Origin: a virus | Taxonomy: Duplodnaviria > Caudoviricetes | Direction: 5' to 3' (one strand) | Virus record (IMG/VR): IMGVR_UViG_3300042389_000329 | Coordinates: 575-64,574 of that record | DNA length: 64,000 nucleotides | In this document: positions 23,501 through 30,515 of the stretch, piece after piece | How the letters are laid out: each line of letters opens with the position of its first letter | Position numbering within the stretch: the first letter of the stretch is position 1 | Notes under the pieces: generated by a model | What the model saw: only the letters and a program-made list of their open reading frames with translations | Told to the model about the DNA's origin: nothing | The model's database searches: none | Position numbers and translations under genes: made by a program

Positions 23501-24356
23501 AGTTGTTTAATGATTCCAACCCTGCTTCACCCGCAGTACCAAATGTGGCAACAATAGCTCTGTCAGCTTGCATAAGTCCAAGACCAATACTCTTCTGTGC
23601 AGAAGCAGCTAGCCCATTTAGACGAGAATTGATTGTAGCAAGCCTCTCTGCTTGAGGAAGTATAGAGGCCTCAGATATGATAGCGTCTGCTCTAGAGGCC
23701 ATTTTTGCACCAGCTCCCATGATACGGGAAGTGGCACCAAGAGCTTTGAGTGCTCCTCCCCATGCAAAACCTGATGCAAAGGCACCTATGGAAAATCCTA
23801 GGTTCTTTACAATATTGTCCCATAAGAAGTTGCCAGTGAACAAGTTAGCAGGTTCCCACCAGCTTCCGTTTCTTTCTCTTTCTGTTTTGTAATGGGCGTA
23901 TGTATCCTCTAGAGATGTAGTGTATTCATTGAGAGATCTGGTTAGTTCGTTGTCATAAAAGGATGAGAACTTCTGATCTTGGACAGATTTAAGAACACCA
24001 TAAACCAATCCTGCAGTACCATTAATAAATGTGGCACCAGCATTACCAGCCATTTTAACAACACCATTGTACATTTTGTCAAAGCTGCCTTGAGACTGGG
24101 CATACATCTCCTCATTATCCCTTCCAGGAAAATACAGGGGGTATCTACCAGAAAAGTCTACACCAGCAGTGGGAACCGCTGGAAAATCACTTCCTGTTTT
24201 AGGGGCTGCTGTGTTTAACAAGTTTTGAAAAACATCTTGATAATCAGCAGTTTCCTTTTTAGGACTGTACGCATATGCGCTCCTATACTCACCAACTAAA
24301 TCAGGAGGAGTAAAGGGTAGATTTACAGGCTTTATGGGTTGTTGCTCGTCTGCCAT
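11523..24356 (-). CDS. Giant virion-associated DNA-dependent RNA polymerase (crAss-like double-psi barrel) with N-terminal membrane/coiled-coil part and zincin domain (4277 aa)
   Basis: Catalytic GSDFDIDKL (DFDID at 14229-14243), YRIPTQ motif, FESGRKVG and VDIAK motifs, and zincin YHEVFH...EEALAEEF (HEVFH at 18447-18461). Confidence 0.92.
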   Translation of the reverse strand: MADEQQPIKPVNLPFTPPDLVGEYRSAYAYSPKKETADYQDVFQNLLNTAAPKTGSDFPAVPTAGVDFSGRYPLYFPGRDNEEMYAQSQGSFDKMYNGVVKMAGNAGATFINGTAGLVYGVLKSVQDQKFSSFYDNELTRSLNEYTTSLEDTYAHYKTERERNGSWWEPANLFTGNFLWDNIVKNLGFSIGAFASGFAWGGALKALGATSRIMGAGAKMASRADAIISEASILPQAERLATINSRLNGLAASAQKSIGLGLMQADRAIVATFGTAGEAGLESLNNSQDFRQQMIDNFKRTRGYDPTPADLQEINRLAESVGNWSYLGNSALLTATNYIQLPRIFSSSFKSDKDILNKVAFKEGKYVSTLPEKGFGKRLYGAGKAASLLFNTAEAFEEGAQYAIQTGTQNYFSKKAKGEKPSITDDAILFGLNEALTTDEGLLNVFTGGFAGALQSAGFVGVKGGLPVFGKTGKIGERGIFGFGGEQGKLRDEAVTALNNSLIKDKMKSAYSNLKAAEIIQEEREAAIRRGDILEAKDLEFDYAHTFIETRLKYRAKEAVDYEINDLRNQALSDGGFLKLQQEGYAAPTDTQPSFIKRLDNLQAHANVAAKLDGDLKIKYGGVVGPNGERTYTDDVISKMVYAGSKIANYDQRISDVNQTLGLSGVNTSEILESVGTDGKPSEEAIKDLAEQINTKPGLTDDEREDLKTNAKDLTEMAMRKKAFIDEYNDIKLNPTKYKTGPAKAPEGTKDKGAVTVDTQKGEIKFETGKEYYIGVPVKRTKKGVKHEMFSRFIVLGESPDGKLVLQVSSRDPKEDGEIFTVKKDFFDGQDIEEISAVENKPNAKFYTEVAGNVFTYQLGRGKTVQGNVRYEGKTGKLVFVTLDGKKKYNVTRDMFVVKEGYEVAKIYSEEELSDRAKEALTAKVGEDELSSLYAERDAILAEAVQKVTAAREEVDKKLEDAKATLQKADEEIKKITTTKKGEPKKQISKAQRKVLENLRRTYIGTEDAIKKLEEERDELEQTRDYLKSLYDQRENLPDTFDEAIKDLKAMINDTGEVIKTSVESLDSGYKLLESIDSAIQTAMSLLNDYITRLREENPNLPLYLEDLQNRIEPYLGEQGAKNYIQEKLGLTETVMELEDQISEFAEELKIPDMTKRAEKLEADIKDIQEGLEKILSEREPKLEALQALEKTAEEYRKRVAEEEQIARNQKLIKRFLKTADDGVQTEMYEYDYEPDPKKPDLYVVTGTTAPSEKFAGGPLADHHVRANRFAANMDKMPNRENLRGIIVTSKNEGGILPGLTQFLKDKGDQTADIDPKETIALVIVEIDPDDESVKRLVGIDGKPLASKDLNAAIFQVFPNAELKWSNNDSMFRKDTPTEVVEELTKQYDEWRTQTLNNPSTDTYSIDASFGIPEVVGELDEKNNFVPTEDAVTSVQDAGLITNEDLVNRAVVEIPTSEGALDNGSVSFSKPLGKPFLILKNGYVKLKNRLLTKQEAATVYQAIERLVTAVHENEDGIDSDDAQRMLSYLRSIVYWGVPKDNKPRGQNSVFFLEEDVEGPFKRFTLNIGAKDYNIPFTPTAVRAKKDEIISLLEGLYNNINSKLVDTKWSQPFTEVLSISPQGEMTTREWPNYQSYLLSNRLPGASGQLDGEARNSKELPLYTQMRPLRDTDDVNRKGIYFIVDHGQDKFKYEKTSTTKKKKIKPGKLGEKEEKGEKKEKQYRVAPPGKFILDGETLNIFTTAPSEKYPKGRKIYFVANRELILKKDVKNGIKTAFGVGDAQTIQEELISKGMTKEETLAQFRGNIFNAIKGELVAKKDISSDTETVIEDDTDEMSEDVASSLFGVKPKAKKEEEEEEEIEIEEETEEENGDDTFGDFNIEDDDDLKDDIDSMDDDVPFRLIIEEQVKKFEGENWKKAEAWLSKYFSNIPVYRVKNVLQSTNGVQAWGMFKDGAIYIYGNAEVGTVYHEVFHAVWRMFSDPEERQAIINELRSRKGTFYDRKLGEDVSYATATERQLEEALAEEFRDYVQKGKIPARPTQGKNFIQRLFADLVNFIKEFFTGEKAAVNTANLFEKINTGYYNTYSPYHTSLSYAKMGIIDIEEAMVDDGAALDIANFTGQEVNDIMQEMTYQTLGKLIKTNKSLFEVPNLDRQELYEELRVQIRRTVTKLYKANLDNITLGKYTTKGELNQAKREMAKSLSMRKSIMNDVTWSQLVNKHEEYLRKYSIEFDENDVINLTADENTGKGEYDSADKIDHFKKANAAIKLILSTVPLVKEKQTVSPNGRSTLSTEYIPSSIGGHTLLPTIEVFIKIMNQTHDSANIEDMLNRIKQMAKGDPNYRTIYTRLTRRNFTTPGIDLSNLKETHDADLLTALWTTFKKQNPDVKNHYIRDNGEVQIGDANLATAARQAKQELLNDMVKVLRGKNPYFKEDKAKQAYIATKGAINRVELNNMEDRVKFLRSLGIKFKLADIKKLSKEKQEIFRDAVGGLKTSLKKADRVSSINSKTLNIDGRLMELGEIKSAIENPEFDSTYIGGSGERKQTYIGTNAASDLYDALTQVDNFYDIPKKYPQYAYLITDSFAQNSVIINRMFDLNTGKRKADAQEYMKVSIADSTIDTSRGKSKESSRLNYRERFIQEINMNLAGYYLNLVPGDASLEHMMKMGNAITEDMLLYGRSRVHSIFEGYFTSEVDLSREKDRHIADVKGRNKKDLRFFKPILGKELHDEITSQTKNKTLNKENSQLTSDQLYKKYENQIVEALDSFINKQSEKLKETLSTYNIIEATSEGWILDNLDFPTDRPTKDEMLKRRLDALTINYMINNIELHKILYSDPYQYADELKRIKNFLSPRQAIMYGSKKINSILNDVYNKGYDVDDIGRTDFGQDFFRSITLGKVFSTNELPLYDDPYEEADGGGIIMFKAYRNFRIRSNNWNKREESQYRYDIAWEKRDKKLKLSANEVKILEKGNPRVKSAYTTLKPIVAGNKGNGRSFNDVLLDKFALYPLSYRMMKEFKPNSNAVKLYNKMQKEDVDYAVFESGRKVGAEKVFDIYDSNGNFNSVPFETQQEIDNPSLEQGVLNVPFAIMSVQAEVPSKEDEIVTRGSQVTKLVTLDMMEAGMPVDFQPDEDFETRYNNWVALEDKESYNGGNNLYKEIKRNEDLLIRLIEEGYEQLLDKFGIKETFSNGAYSYTLDNIDKTVEVLEREVLNREVNDNVLSALRGLKSKEVVLEATPAYQLIRNILYSIADKNVISQKISGGQKVQLPVTLLESKRAEAKQVGDKTVYASDELKFYVNEKGERVCELYVARWFKSDLSDKELLKALNQTKEGQEILRGIAYRIPTQKQNSIDVFVIKDFLPQEFGDNVFVPSALVKKVGSDFDIDKLSMYLKNIYIDRNQVPKLMKLELINTNSESQLRDFYENNLLGRYKKMKEIEKEAAIETAAQDLLESVLGVEDLTESLVNDLKLKYVPSIDEFLLEAKGMDPYELNKKYSRFSYKKLLENAYIDSLEKLVTNELNFESLVKPNSADQLKDLSKKIVDKLGLTKFDYTQVDNMLDRVFMSNLRHAFVTGKYAIGIAAVNQTNHSLNQRSNVFIDDEKLEAVSLTDRSWLKDGKIKFFKEDGTNNFNTVKIGDREVVTLSMIKNKAGQFISDIIGQFIDGYVDIAKGPWIMQMGATPNVASTYLFLTKIGVPIDSVVFFMNQPIIRDYLRTLENEGYTWVFNGKFVNQVKNSSKYKVDENKAERVTAIPIESKLEENLGKQEFDANERAEQHFILDEFLKYAKMGEHLFRVTQGTNYDTSNFNDPLLVFKKEMQLINARETIISSVDKVLDNSFLKRLRINIGRLRNAYAEVFMSDKPKVRNIVQKVLLPYVNLSDREFVKVAQKVVADLFDWAVQNDFTTKSNVRLNTYIEKALLADDNYVRQIDDFLQKIKADENHPLYNNLVIKALQPVLSDRVNGVDNLKMKGRDGKLYDQNQIIYDFKKLKSHLAGIGNEELFNKIVTVAVLQSGLSNSPISFTSLLPYDDFKRIYNPVLSNLENVPNLDLFYKLNVFERNNWNNDDIIPHSKAKLFQSKDGNWFYNTNINFLPKDVSRAVKTGQIPQVMTMPVLSREGTSDFIVYSWEDESIPLADRRAMKRRGDFSFMNKGLFKKVRDAYGNPLIHPTESKGKVYENFVYQAINAWGDSFRANEFYANARKSKIDNGFIKVKEVAPEKIIPYFVNSPALESFKERIVQDFPTMEIDELTVQLKDGNYYLKDQITADFLERLGYTRAQIGEILTKLC

Positions 24357-24358
24357 TA

Positions 24359-27118
24359 TTATCTCTTCTTTCTAATTTGTTGAATAACTGTTGAATTAAT
24401 TCCACTAGGAAGATAATCCAACTGCATGTCTATTTTTCCATCTGCAGGATTCACTTTAAAAAAGGGAGTGGGATAGACTATAGGTTCTACATTTCCTGCA
24501 TTATCGTGTAAGTAAATTTTAAACCACAGCTTATTAGGATTTTGAGCATCCTCATCTAAGTCTCCTGTAGCTGTAACACCTGGCATGTTTAAATTAGTAA
24601 AATCAGAATCGTTAAACCATCTACTTCCACCAGAGTTACTAGACCCACTTAGATTAGATGTTTTATAGTGATTAATTTGTTCTAACACCTTTGGCATAGG
24701 AACATTTCCAGGTGCTTGCATTCTCATTAAAAACTCATAATCGTCATCATCTATTTGCACACCATAAGTTTTTCCATTCTTGCCTGTTATTTTAAGAACG
24801 TGAGAAGATGGAGAATAAGCAGTGGGTCCTGGTGTAGAGGTCACTTTAATTCCAGCAGCACCCTCTCCAAGTAGAGCAGCTTGCATATCTTCTTCATTAA
24901 AACCAGGAATTTCATTAATGTTTGCTCCGTATTTACCAATCACCGAAGATATGCGATTCTTGTAGTCTTCAGTTTTCATGTCTCCTTTTGGAACAGGGGC
25001 GGTCATTCCTTGTTTAATATATCCTTTATCAAGATACATCTTGGATTCAATCTTTGCAAGCTCTCTGTAATTAGATGTAGATAGGTAGGATGCAGCGTTC
25101 CTAATAAGTGGATGTGCTGATATCCCCCCTTCTAATCCTGATGTATATACAGCATCTACAAGTTTTCCATATGTAACATCTCCAAATCTAGCTTTTAAAC
25201 GTAAAGCAGCTCGTCGAGCTCTTTCTTCTTGTTCTCTACTGGTAAAAGTGTTTCCATAAACATTGAAAGCTGAAGGCATCAAATCAATAAAATCTATAAT
25301 ATCAGCTCTTGAAAGATTCTTACTAGTGCCATCACCAAGAACAATTTGCCCAGGTTTAATATTCTGGTTAATTTCTTCTTGTGTAGGAACTGTTAATCCT
25401 CTTTCTCTTGCTTGTTGTATTGCATCCTTTCTTATGCTTTCTATTCTGCCTTTCTGTAAGGACAAATCCTTTGAAAGAATATCTTGTTGTTCTACTAGTC
25501 CCCTCAGTGTAACAGGCACTCCGTTTTTATCTCTTTTCCAGGTTTCAAGTTGTTTAGCAGCAAACCTCGCTGTAAATGTGTTTACATCACCAGATGTAGG
25601 ATCTACCACTTCACGATTTGCACTTGCATAAGAGTAAATTGCCTGTTTCATTCTGTTTTCATACTGAGAATCAGATTCATCAGGCTTCTTGGGATTTATA
25701 TTTTTGAAGTACTCAAGTGTTAATTGATAGTTAGTTTGGTTTAGAGTTTGTACATTGGCTGAGTAAGCATCTTCAACTATAGCTTTAGCAACACCTTCTC
25801 CAGCAGATGTTTCAATAGGTTCCTTTATAAAATCACCAGGACCAGCAGATGGAAGTGTTAGACCAGGTAGTTTTACACCATATTTATAGAACATCTCAAG
25901 AGCATCTTTCTTCTGAGAGTATTCAAACTCTCTATCTTTTCTTTTCTGTTCTTCAGACCAATGATAGTCTGCAATCTTGTCTCTTTGGATATCTCTATTG
26001 AACCTGTTTTGGTCCATTGTGACAGTCCACATAGGACTTACAGTGTGCTTAGTGTCTACATCTTGGGAAGATAGTCTTTTGGATATATCTACAAGATAGT
26101 TATTTGTATACAGACGTCCACGCACATAGTCAGGATCTGTAGCAACAACACTCAAGTTTTTGTCTCTAGAAGATTCAACAGATGCTTTTAACTTGTCAAA
26201 GTATTGCAACTGTTCTGAAAGAGATTGAATTTTAGCATCATCTCTATCATTCTTGCTTTCTTCGTTTACTAGAGCAGCCTTTATGTTTAATAATTTGCTG
26301 TCAATAAAATCAAGCTGAGGTTTAGATGTTCTTATAATGTCATCCCTCAGAGCGGTTACACTTTTACCTCGATTTAAATATTCACCGTCTATTGCAAGTT
26401 GCTCATACTCAGCGGGTCCTAGTGCAGTTTGGATAGCTCCTAATATTTTATTAGCATCTTTACCCTTTAATGTTTTCTCCACCATTATCGGGTTCCAGTC
26501 TAATGCCATGTTGCCATTCTCATCCTGCTTATATACAGGATTTCCGTTTGCATCTGTTTTAAAGAGCTGCTGAACAGAGGTAGAATCAAGACCCACAGAT
26601 GCTGCAACATCCTTTATCTTTCCCCACACATCCACTGGTGTCATATAGGATGCAGTTAAAGATTGACCTGGTTCACTACTATAGAGCCAGTTTTGACGCC
26701 TTCTGTAATAACGGTCAGCGTTTGCAGGATTGAACTTACCACTTTCTTTATCCTTTTGAATTCTAGCAAGTTCTGCTTTATCTTGAGCAGTTGATTGAAC
26801 AGCTGCTCTAATTTTAGGATCTTGTCCTATTTGACCAATCATTCCCCCTACAGAGGTTACTAATTGAAAATTAGAGAAGTCACCTGCAGCCACCGTCTTG
26901 AGGTTATTACCTAGTTCGTTGAGTTTGGATTGCAAATAAGCTTTATCAACATCAGGCAAAATCTCAAGACCACCAATCTTATCTATCTGAGACTGAATCT
27001 TTTGGATGCCCTCATCATAGCGCTTTTGCTTTTCCATACCCACCATCATCATTGCCTCTACAGGCAACTGCTGCACGTACGGGTTAAACTGGGGTATTAT
27101 GTCGGTAAATGAAGCCAT
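24359..27118 (-). CDS. Ejected cargo / internal virion protein (919 aa)
   Basis: Position directly upstream of the RNAP. N-terminus FNPYVQQLPVEAM..VG..KQ.RYD resembles crAss-like cargo proteins. Helical, with no Cys seen. Confidence 0.6.
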   Translation of the reverse strand: MASFTDIIPQFNPYVQQLPVEAMMMVGMEKQKRYDEGIQKIQSQIDKIGGLEILPDVDKAYLQSKLNELGNNLKTVAAGDFSNFQLVTSVGGMIGQIGQDPKIRAAVQSTAQDKAELARIQKDKESGKFNPANADRYYRRRQNWLYSSEPGQSLTASYMTPVDVWGKIKDVAASVGLDSTSVQQLFKTDANGNPVYKQDENGNMALDWNPIMVEKTLKGKDANKILGAIQTALGPAEYEQLAIDGEYLNRGKSVTALRDDIIRTSKPQLDFIDSKLLNIKAALVNEESKNDRDDAKIQSLSEQLQYFDKLKASVESSRDKNLSVVATDPDYVRGRLYTNNYLVDISKRLSSQDVDTKHTVSPMWTVTMDQNRFNRDIQRDKIADYHWSEEQKRKDREFEYSQKKDALEMFYKYGVKLPGLTLPSAGPGDFIKEPIETSAGEGVAKAIVEDAYSANVQTLNQTNYQLTLEYFKNINPKKPDESDSQYENRMKQAIYSYASANREVVDPTSGDVNTFTARFAAKQLETWKRDKNGVPVTLRGLVEQQDILSKDLSLQKGRIESIRKDAIQQARERGLTVPTQEEINQNIKPGQIVLGDGTSKNLSRADIIDFIDLMPSAFNVYGNTFTSREQEERARRAALRLKARFGDVTYGKLVDAVYTSGLEGGISAHPLIRNAASYLSTSNYRELAKIESKMYLDKGYIKQGMTAPVPKGDMKTEDYKNRISSVIGKYGANINEIPGFNEEDMQAALLGEGAAGIKVTSTPGPTAYSPSSHVLKITGKNGKTYGVQIDDDDYEFLMRMQAPGNVPMPKVLEQINHYKTSNLSGSSNSGGSRWFNDSDFTNLNMPGVTATGDLDEDAQNPNKLWFKIYLHDNAGNVEPIVYPTPFFKVNPADGKIDMQLDYLPSGINSTVIQQIRKKR

Positions 27119-27133
27119 GGCATATCAAGTTAG

Positions 27134-27164
27134 CAAATGTAATATGAATAATTAGATTTTCCAA
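27134..27164 (-). promoter_or_regulatory. Bacteroidota-type promoter (TTG-N20-TACATTTG) for the cargo/RNAP operon
   Basis: Exact TAnnTTTG at 27134-27141 on the minus strand, with TTG 20 nt upstream. Confidence 0.65.
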
Positions 27165-27205
27165 GAGGTATAACGAATTCTGGTAATTCGCTATAACTGA
27201 GTTAG

Positions 27206-30200
27206 TTAGAGATTTTTAAAAGCTTTTACAACTGAACTATTTATACCCTTTTTCTTGCTTACCTTTTTACCATCTTTACCAGACGTACGATACATTTCTT
27301 TTATCTCATCAGGGGTAAGCATTCTATTTTCCATGTCTGGAAATAAATCTTCCATATATGAAGGAAGGGTAGTCTGAGATGTAGGTTGTGGAGGAGCAAC
27401 AGGCACCTGTCTATTAATTGGAGCTGTATTTTGACTTACAGGAGGTATAGGTGTGCCCATTCTATCTACAGGAGTTAAATCTTGATCTCCCGTGTACATC
27501 GTAGGCATCTGAGGTTGGAAAGGTGCGTTGACATTAAATGTTCTGAAACGAGGATCAAAACGGAAACCGTATAGATTTTGTGCAGTAGCTAATGTTCTGT
27601 TTTCCAATTGGTTACGCATAAATTTATCACCAATAGACTTCAGAGCTTCTATATTAGTTCCTTTTGTAATAGATTTAGCCTTCTCTTGTCTTTCGTATTG
27701 TCTGTCCAGAATAGCTAGATTTTGTAAACCGAACTGGTTTAGAAGATTTCTGTTTTGCTCATACACACGTTGCTTTTCAGCCTGGTTCAATCTAAACTGC
27801 TCACCTAGCACTTTTTGGTTAGCCTGGTATTTCTGAGCGTTTAACATAGATTGAGCAGCAGGATTGTATCCCAACATTCTTTGCTGTGATCTGAAGGTAG
27901 CCTCATTCTCATTTAATATATCCTGTAGAGATATATCATAAGGTGTGGATAATTGAGGCTGCATGGTTTGAGCCTGTACAGGTTCTAACTGATTGGTAGC
28001 CAATGCGTACATCTCTCCAATCAACTGTCTTGGATCAAGGTCCTCCTGATCTGGACGTACAACATATGGAAGTGCTGCTCCTATAGCATCAAGTATTTGA
28101 GACCTTTTGTAATTTGACGTCACATCAAATGACTTCCTAAGACCTGTAGGTGGAACATAAGTTTCCATTGAAGGCAGTACTGGAACAAGTTCATCCTTTG
28201 TAGAAGTAGTGGGTGTAGTTTTAGCAGCATCTGTTGAGTATAAAGACGCAGCGCTTGCAGTTTGTCTACCAAAGTCACCATCCACTCTCAAACGAGTGGG
28301 AACACCTAGTTTCTCAGCTTCTCTATTAAACGCCATTTGGAAATCTTCAACATCACTCTCACTAGAAGGATCAAAGTCTTCCCAATTGTACCAAGGATTT
28401 CTAGCCTTCATTGCCTCAAAATCTGCTTGAGTTACACCTCCATAGAATACATCACCTTTTGTCTGTCCCTTAGGTACAGTGGGAAGAGCCTTTATTGTCT
28501 TCAGTTTCTTACCATCTTGAGCTGTTTCTTTGAATGCCTCTTTGTCCACCTTCACCTTACCTCTAGCCAAATCATCAGCAACCAATCCCATTTCTTCAGC
28601 TGTATCATTGATGGCATTCTGCAAGGATGCAGCAGTCATCTTCTTATCTGCAAGTTCTTTGAGTTTTTGATTAGCTCCTAACATAGTGTATTGCAAAGAG
28701 TTAAGTGTCATTTTATCTATAGGACTGCTCACCTCAAAGTCTTCTAACATCTGCGTTGCTTTATCAAGCTTTTTGTTCTGCTTGTTCTCTTTCTTAGATA
28801 GATCAGCTACATAGGTTTTGAACTTCTTACCCTTAGCCTCTTCTCCAAGCATTGGAATATAAGACTTAGGTATCTTGAGATTACCAAACACTACAAGGTT
28901 AGAATCACCACTTGTGCCATCTTGTAGCTTTACAGCAGGTTCACCTCTTTCTACCTCTACAGGGTTCTCACCATAGGTGATACCAATACCAGTGTTTCCT
29001 CTTCCATCAGACTCATCGTGGGATTGACCTCTGAACATGATAGTTTCACCACCATCTGGTAGATAGGGATTCTGAGACATTGTTTCTGCATATCCACCCC
29101 AGTGTGTCTGGAGCTCTCCACCCATTTGCATAGCTGGTCTTTCTGTAGACATAGCTCGTGCACTAGGAGGAGTGTAGGCTTTTAGGTGACCACCAGCTCT
29201 AAGCATATCTGCATCATGAGGAGGCTTAAGAAGGTCTTTTACATTGTGCCCTCCAAAGGATACAATCTTCTGTGGTTGCCATGTATGACTTACCCATTTG
29301 TATGGAGATGTCATTCCACCATCTTCCATGTTAGCACCAAACTGTTGCTGAACACCTATTCCAAAGTTTTGTCCTATGATTTTATTTATATTTTGTCTAG
29401 ACAGGTCTTGTTGATTTTCAATTTTATCTTCTTGCAGTTTGTCAATAGCAGATCCTATAAATGTAGCCGCAGTACCAATAGGTCCACCAAATAAACCACC
29501 AACACTACCAAGCACCTGACTATAACCACTTGTTTGACCTCCTCCAACAATATTAGCAAGTTGTTGGCCTTGTGAACTTCCCAAAGCATCCATAAATGCT
29601 CCACCACCAGCAGCTTTGTGCATCTTACCACCATGATAGAATTGCTTGTAGCGTTCACTATCATTCAATGGTTCATATCCAAGGTTGTCATAAAGTGTAC
29701 CAGGAGCATAGGTGTTAGCAATTTCTCCACCCCCTACAGAAGCTCCAAATTCAGCAAGCACATTTGTACCTACGCCATAAGAAGGAAACATTTGTTCTGG
29801 TTGAAATGCCATATCTTCTGGTCTAAGATATTGTCTTCTAGGCTGTTGTACAGGTCTGCTAGCAGCAGCATCACCCATTACATTTGTTAGAGCAGTTTGT
29901 TGTTGTGCTTCCTTATACCTTCTTTTTTGGTCCTTGATGTTTTGAATACCACCAATCACCTGACCCAGAACAGGAATACCTTTTGCAAGATCAGGTTTCT
30001 TTTTTGTTGATGCTGCTGGCATAGCTGGAGGATTGTAATTTGTTCCCCAGTTAAACTGTTGTTGCTGAAGGTTTTGTGTACTAGGGGTGAGCTGAGGACC
30101 AGTAGGACCTAGTCCAGGAATCTCATTTCCTACCTGAGATTTTGCAACTTTCTTTCCTTTCTTAGCACCAGCCATTTCTGCAAACTGTGCCATTTGACTC

Positions 30201-30514
30201 ATATCCATTCCACCACCACCACTGTCATCACCACCACTCTGAGCTAACTCAGCTGCAGCCTGTTGAATAGCAGCTAATTTTCTGCGTTCAGCATCCGTAG
30301 TTCCCGTAAGCTGATAATCAAGCTCATCATACATACCACGAACATCAGCAGGCTGATACATCGTAGCGGGTGCTTCACTGGTCATATACGTACCTATCTG
30401 AGCCTTCTTAAGCTCCTTACCGTGCTTAGCCATGAATGCTTCTTCTGTAGGAAACTTCTTGTAGAATTCCTTTTCAGACTTAACACCAGCGATTTTGAGG
30501 ATCTGTTTTTTCAT
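27206..30514 (-). CDS. Cargo protein with repeated xxxG(G) motifs and peptidoglycan-binding-like motif (1102 aa)
   Basis: AQIG, SQVG, AEFG, YHGG, MEDGG, MQMGG and AQDG motifs. GQSHDE..VEVERGE conserved-looking block. DVEDFQ...VDGDFGRQT. Confidence 0.6.
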   Translation of the reverse strand: MKKQILKIAGVKSEKEFYKKFPTEEAFMAKHGKELKKAQIGTYMTSEAPATMYQPADVRGMYDELDYQLTGTTDAERRKLAAIQQAAAELAQSGGDDSGGGGMDMSQMAQFAEMAGAKKGKKVAKSQVGNEIPGLGPTGPQLTPSTQNLQQQQFNWGTNYNPPAMPAASTKKKPDLAKGIPVLGQVIGGIQNIKDQKRRYKEAQQQTALTNVMGDAAASRPVQQPRRQYLRPEDMAFQPEQMFPSYGVGTNVLAEFGASVGGGEIANTYAPGTLYDNLGYEPLNDSERYKQFYHGGKMHKAAGGGAFMDALGSSQGQQLANIVGGGQTSGYSQVLGSVGGLFGGPIGTAATFIGSAIDKLQEDKIENQQDLSRQNINKIIGQNFGIGVQQQFGANMEDGGMTSPYKWVSHTWQPQKIVSFGGHNVKDLLKPPHDADMLRAGGHLKAYTPPSARAMSTERPAMQMGGELQTHWGGYAETMSQNPYLPDGGETIMFRGQSHDESDGRGNTGIGITYGENPVEVERGEPAVKLQDGTSGDSNLVVFGNLKIPKSYIPMLGEEAKGKKFKTYVADLSKKENKQNKKLDKATQMLEDFEVSSPIDKMTLNSLQYTMLGANQKLKELADKKMTAASLQNAINDTAEEMGLVADDLARGKVKVDKEAFKETAQDGKKLKTIKALPTVPKGQTKGDVFYGGVTQADFEAMKARNPWYNWEDFDPSSESDVEDFQMAFNREAEKLGVPTRLRVDGDFGRQTASAASLYSTDAAKTTPTTSTKDELVPVLPSMETYVPPTGLRKSFDVTSNYKRSQILDAIGAALPYVVRPDQEDLDPRQLIGEMYALATNQLEPVQAQTMQPQLSTPYDISLQDILNENEATFRSQQRMLGYNPAAQSMLNAQKYQANQKVLGEQFRLNQAEKQRVYEQNRNLLNQFGLQNLAILDRQYERQEKAKSITKGTNIEALKSIGDKFMRNQLENRTLATAQNLYGFRFDPRFRTFNVNAPFQPQMPTMYTGDQDLTPVDRMGTPIPPVSQNTAPINRQVPVAPPQPTSQTTLPSYMEDLFPDMENRMLTPDEIKEMYRTSGKDGKKVSKKKGINSSVVKAFKNL

Positions 30515-30515
30515 A

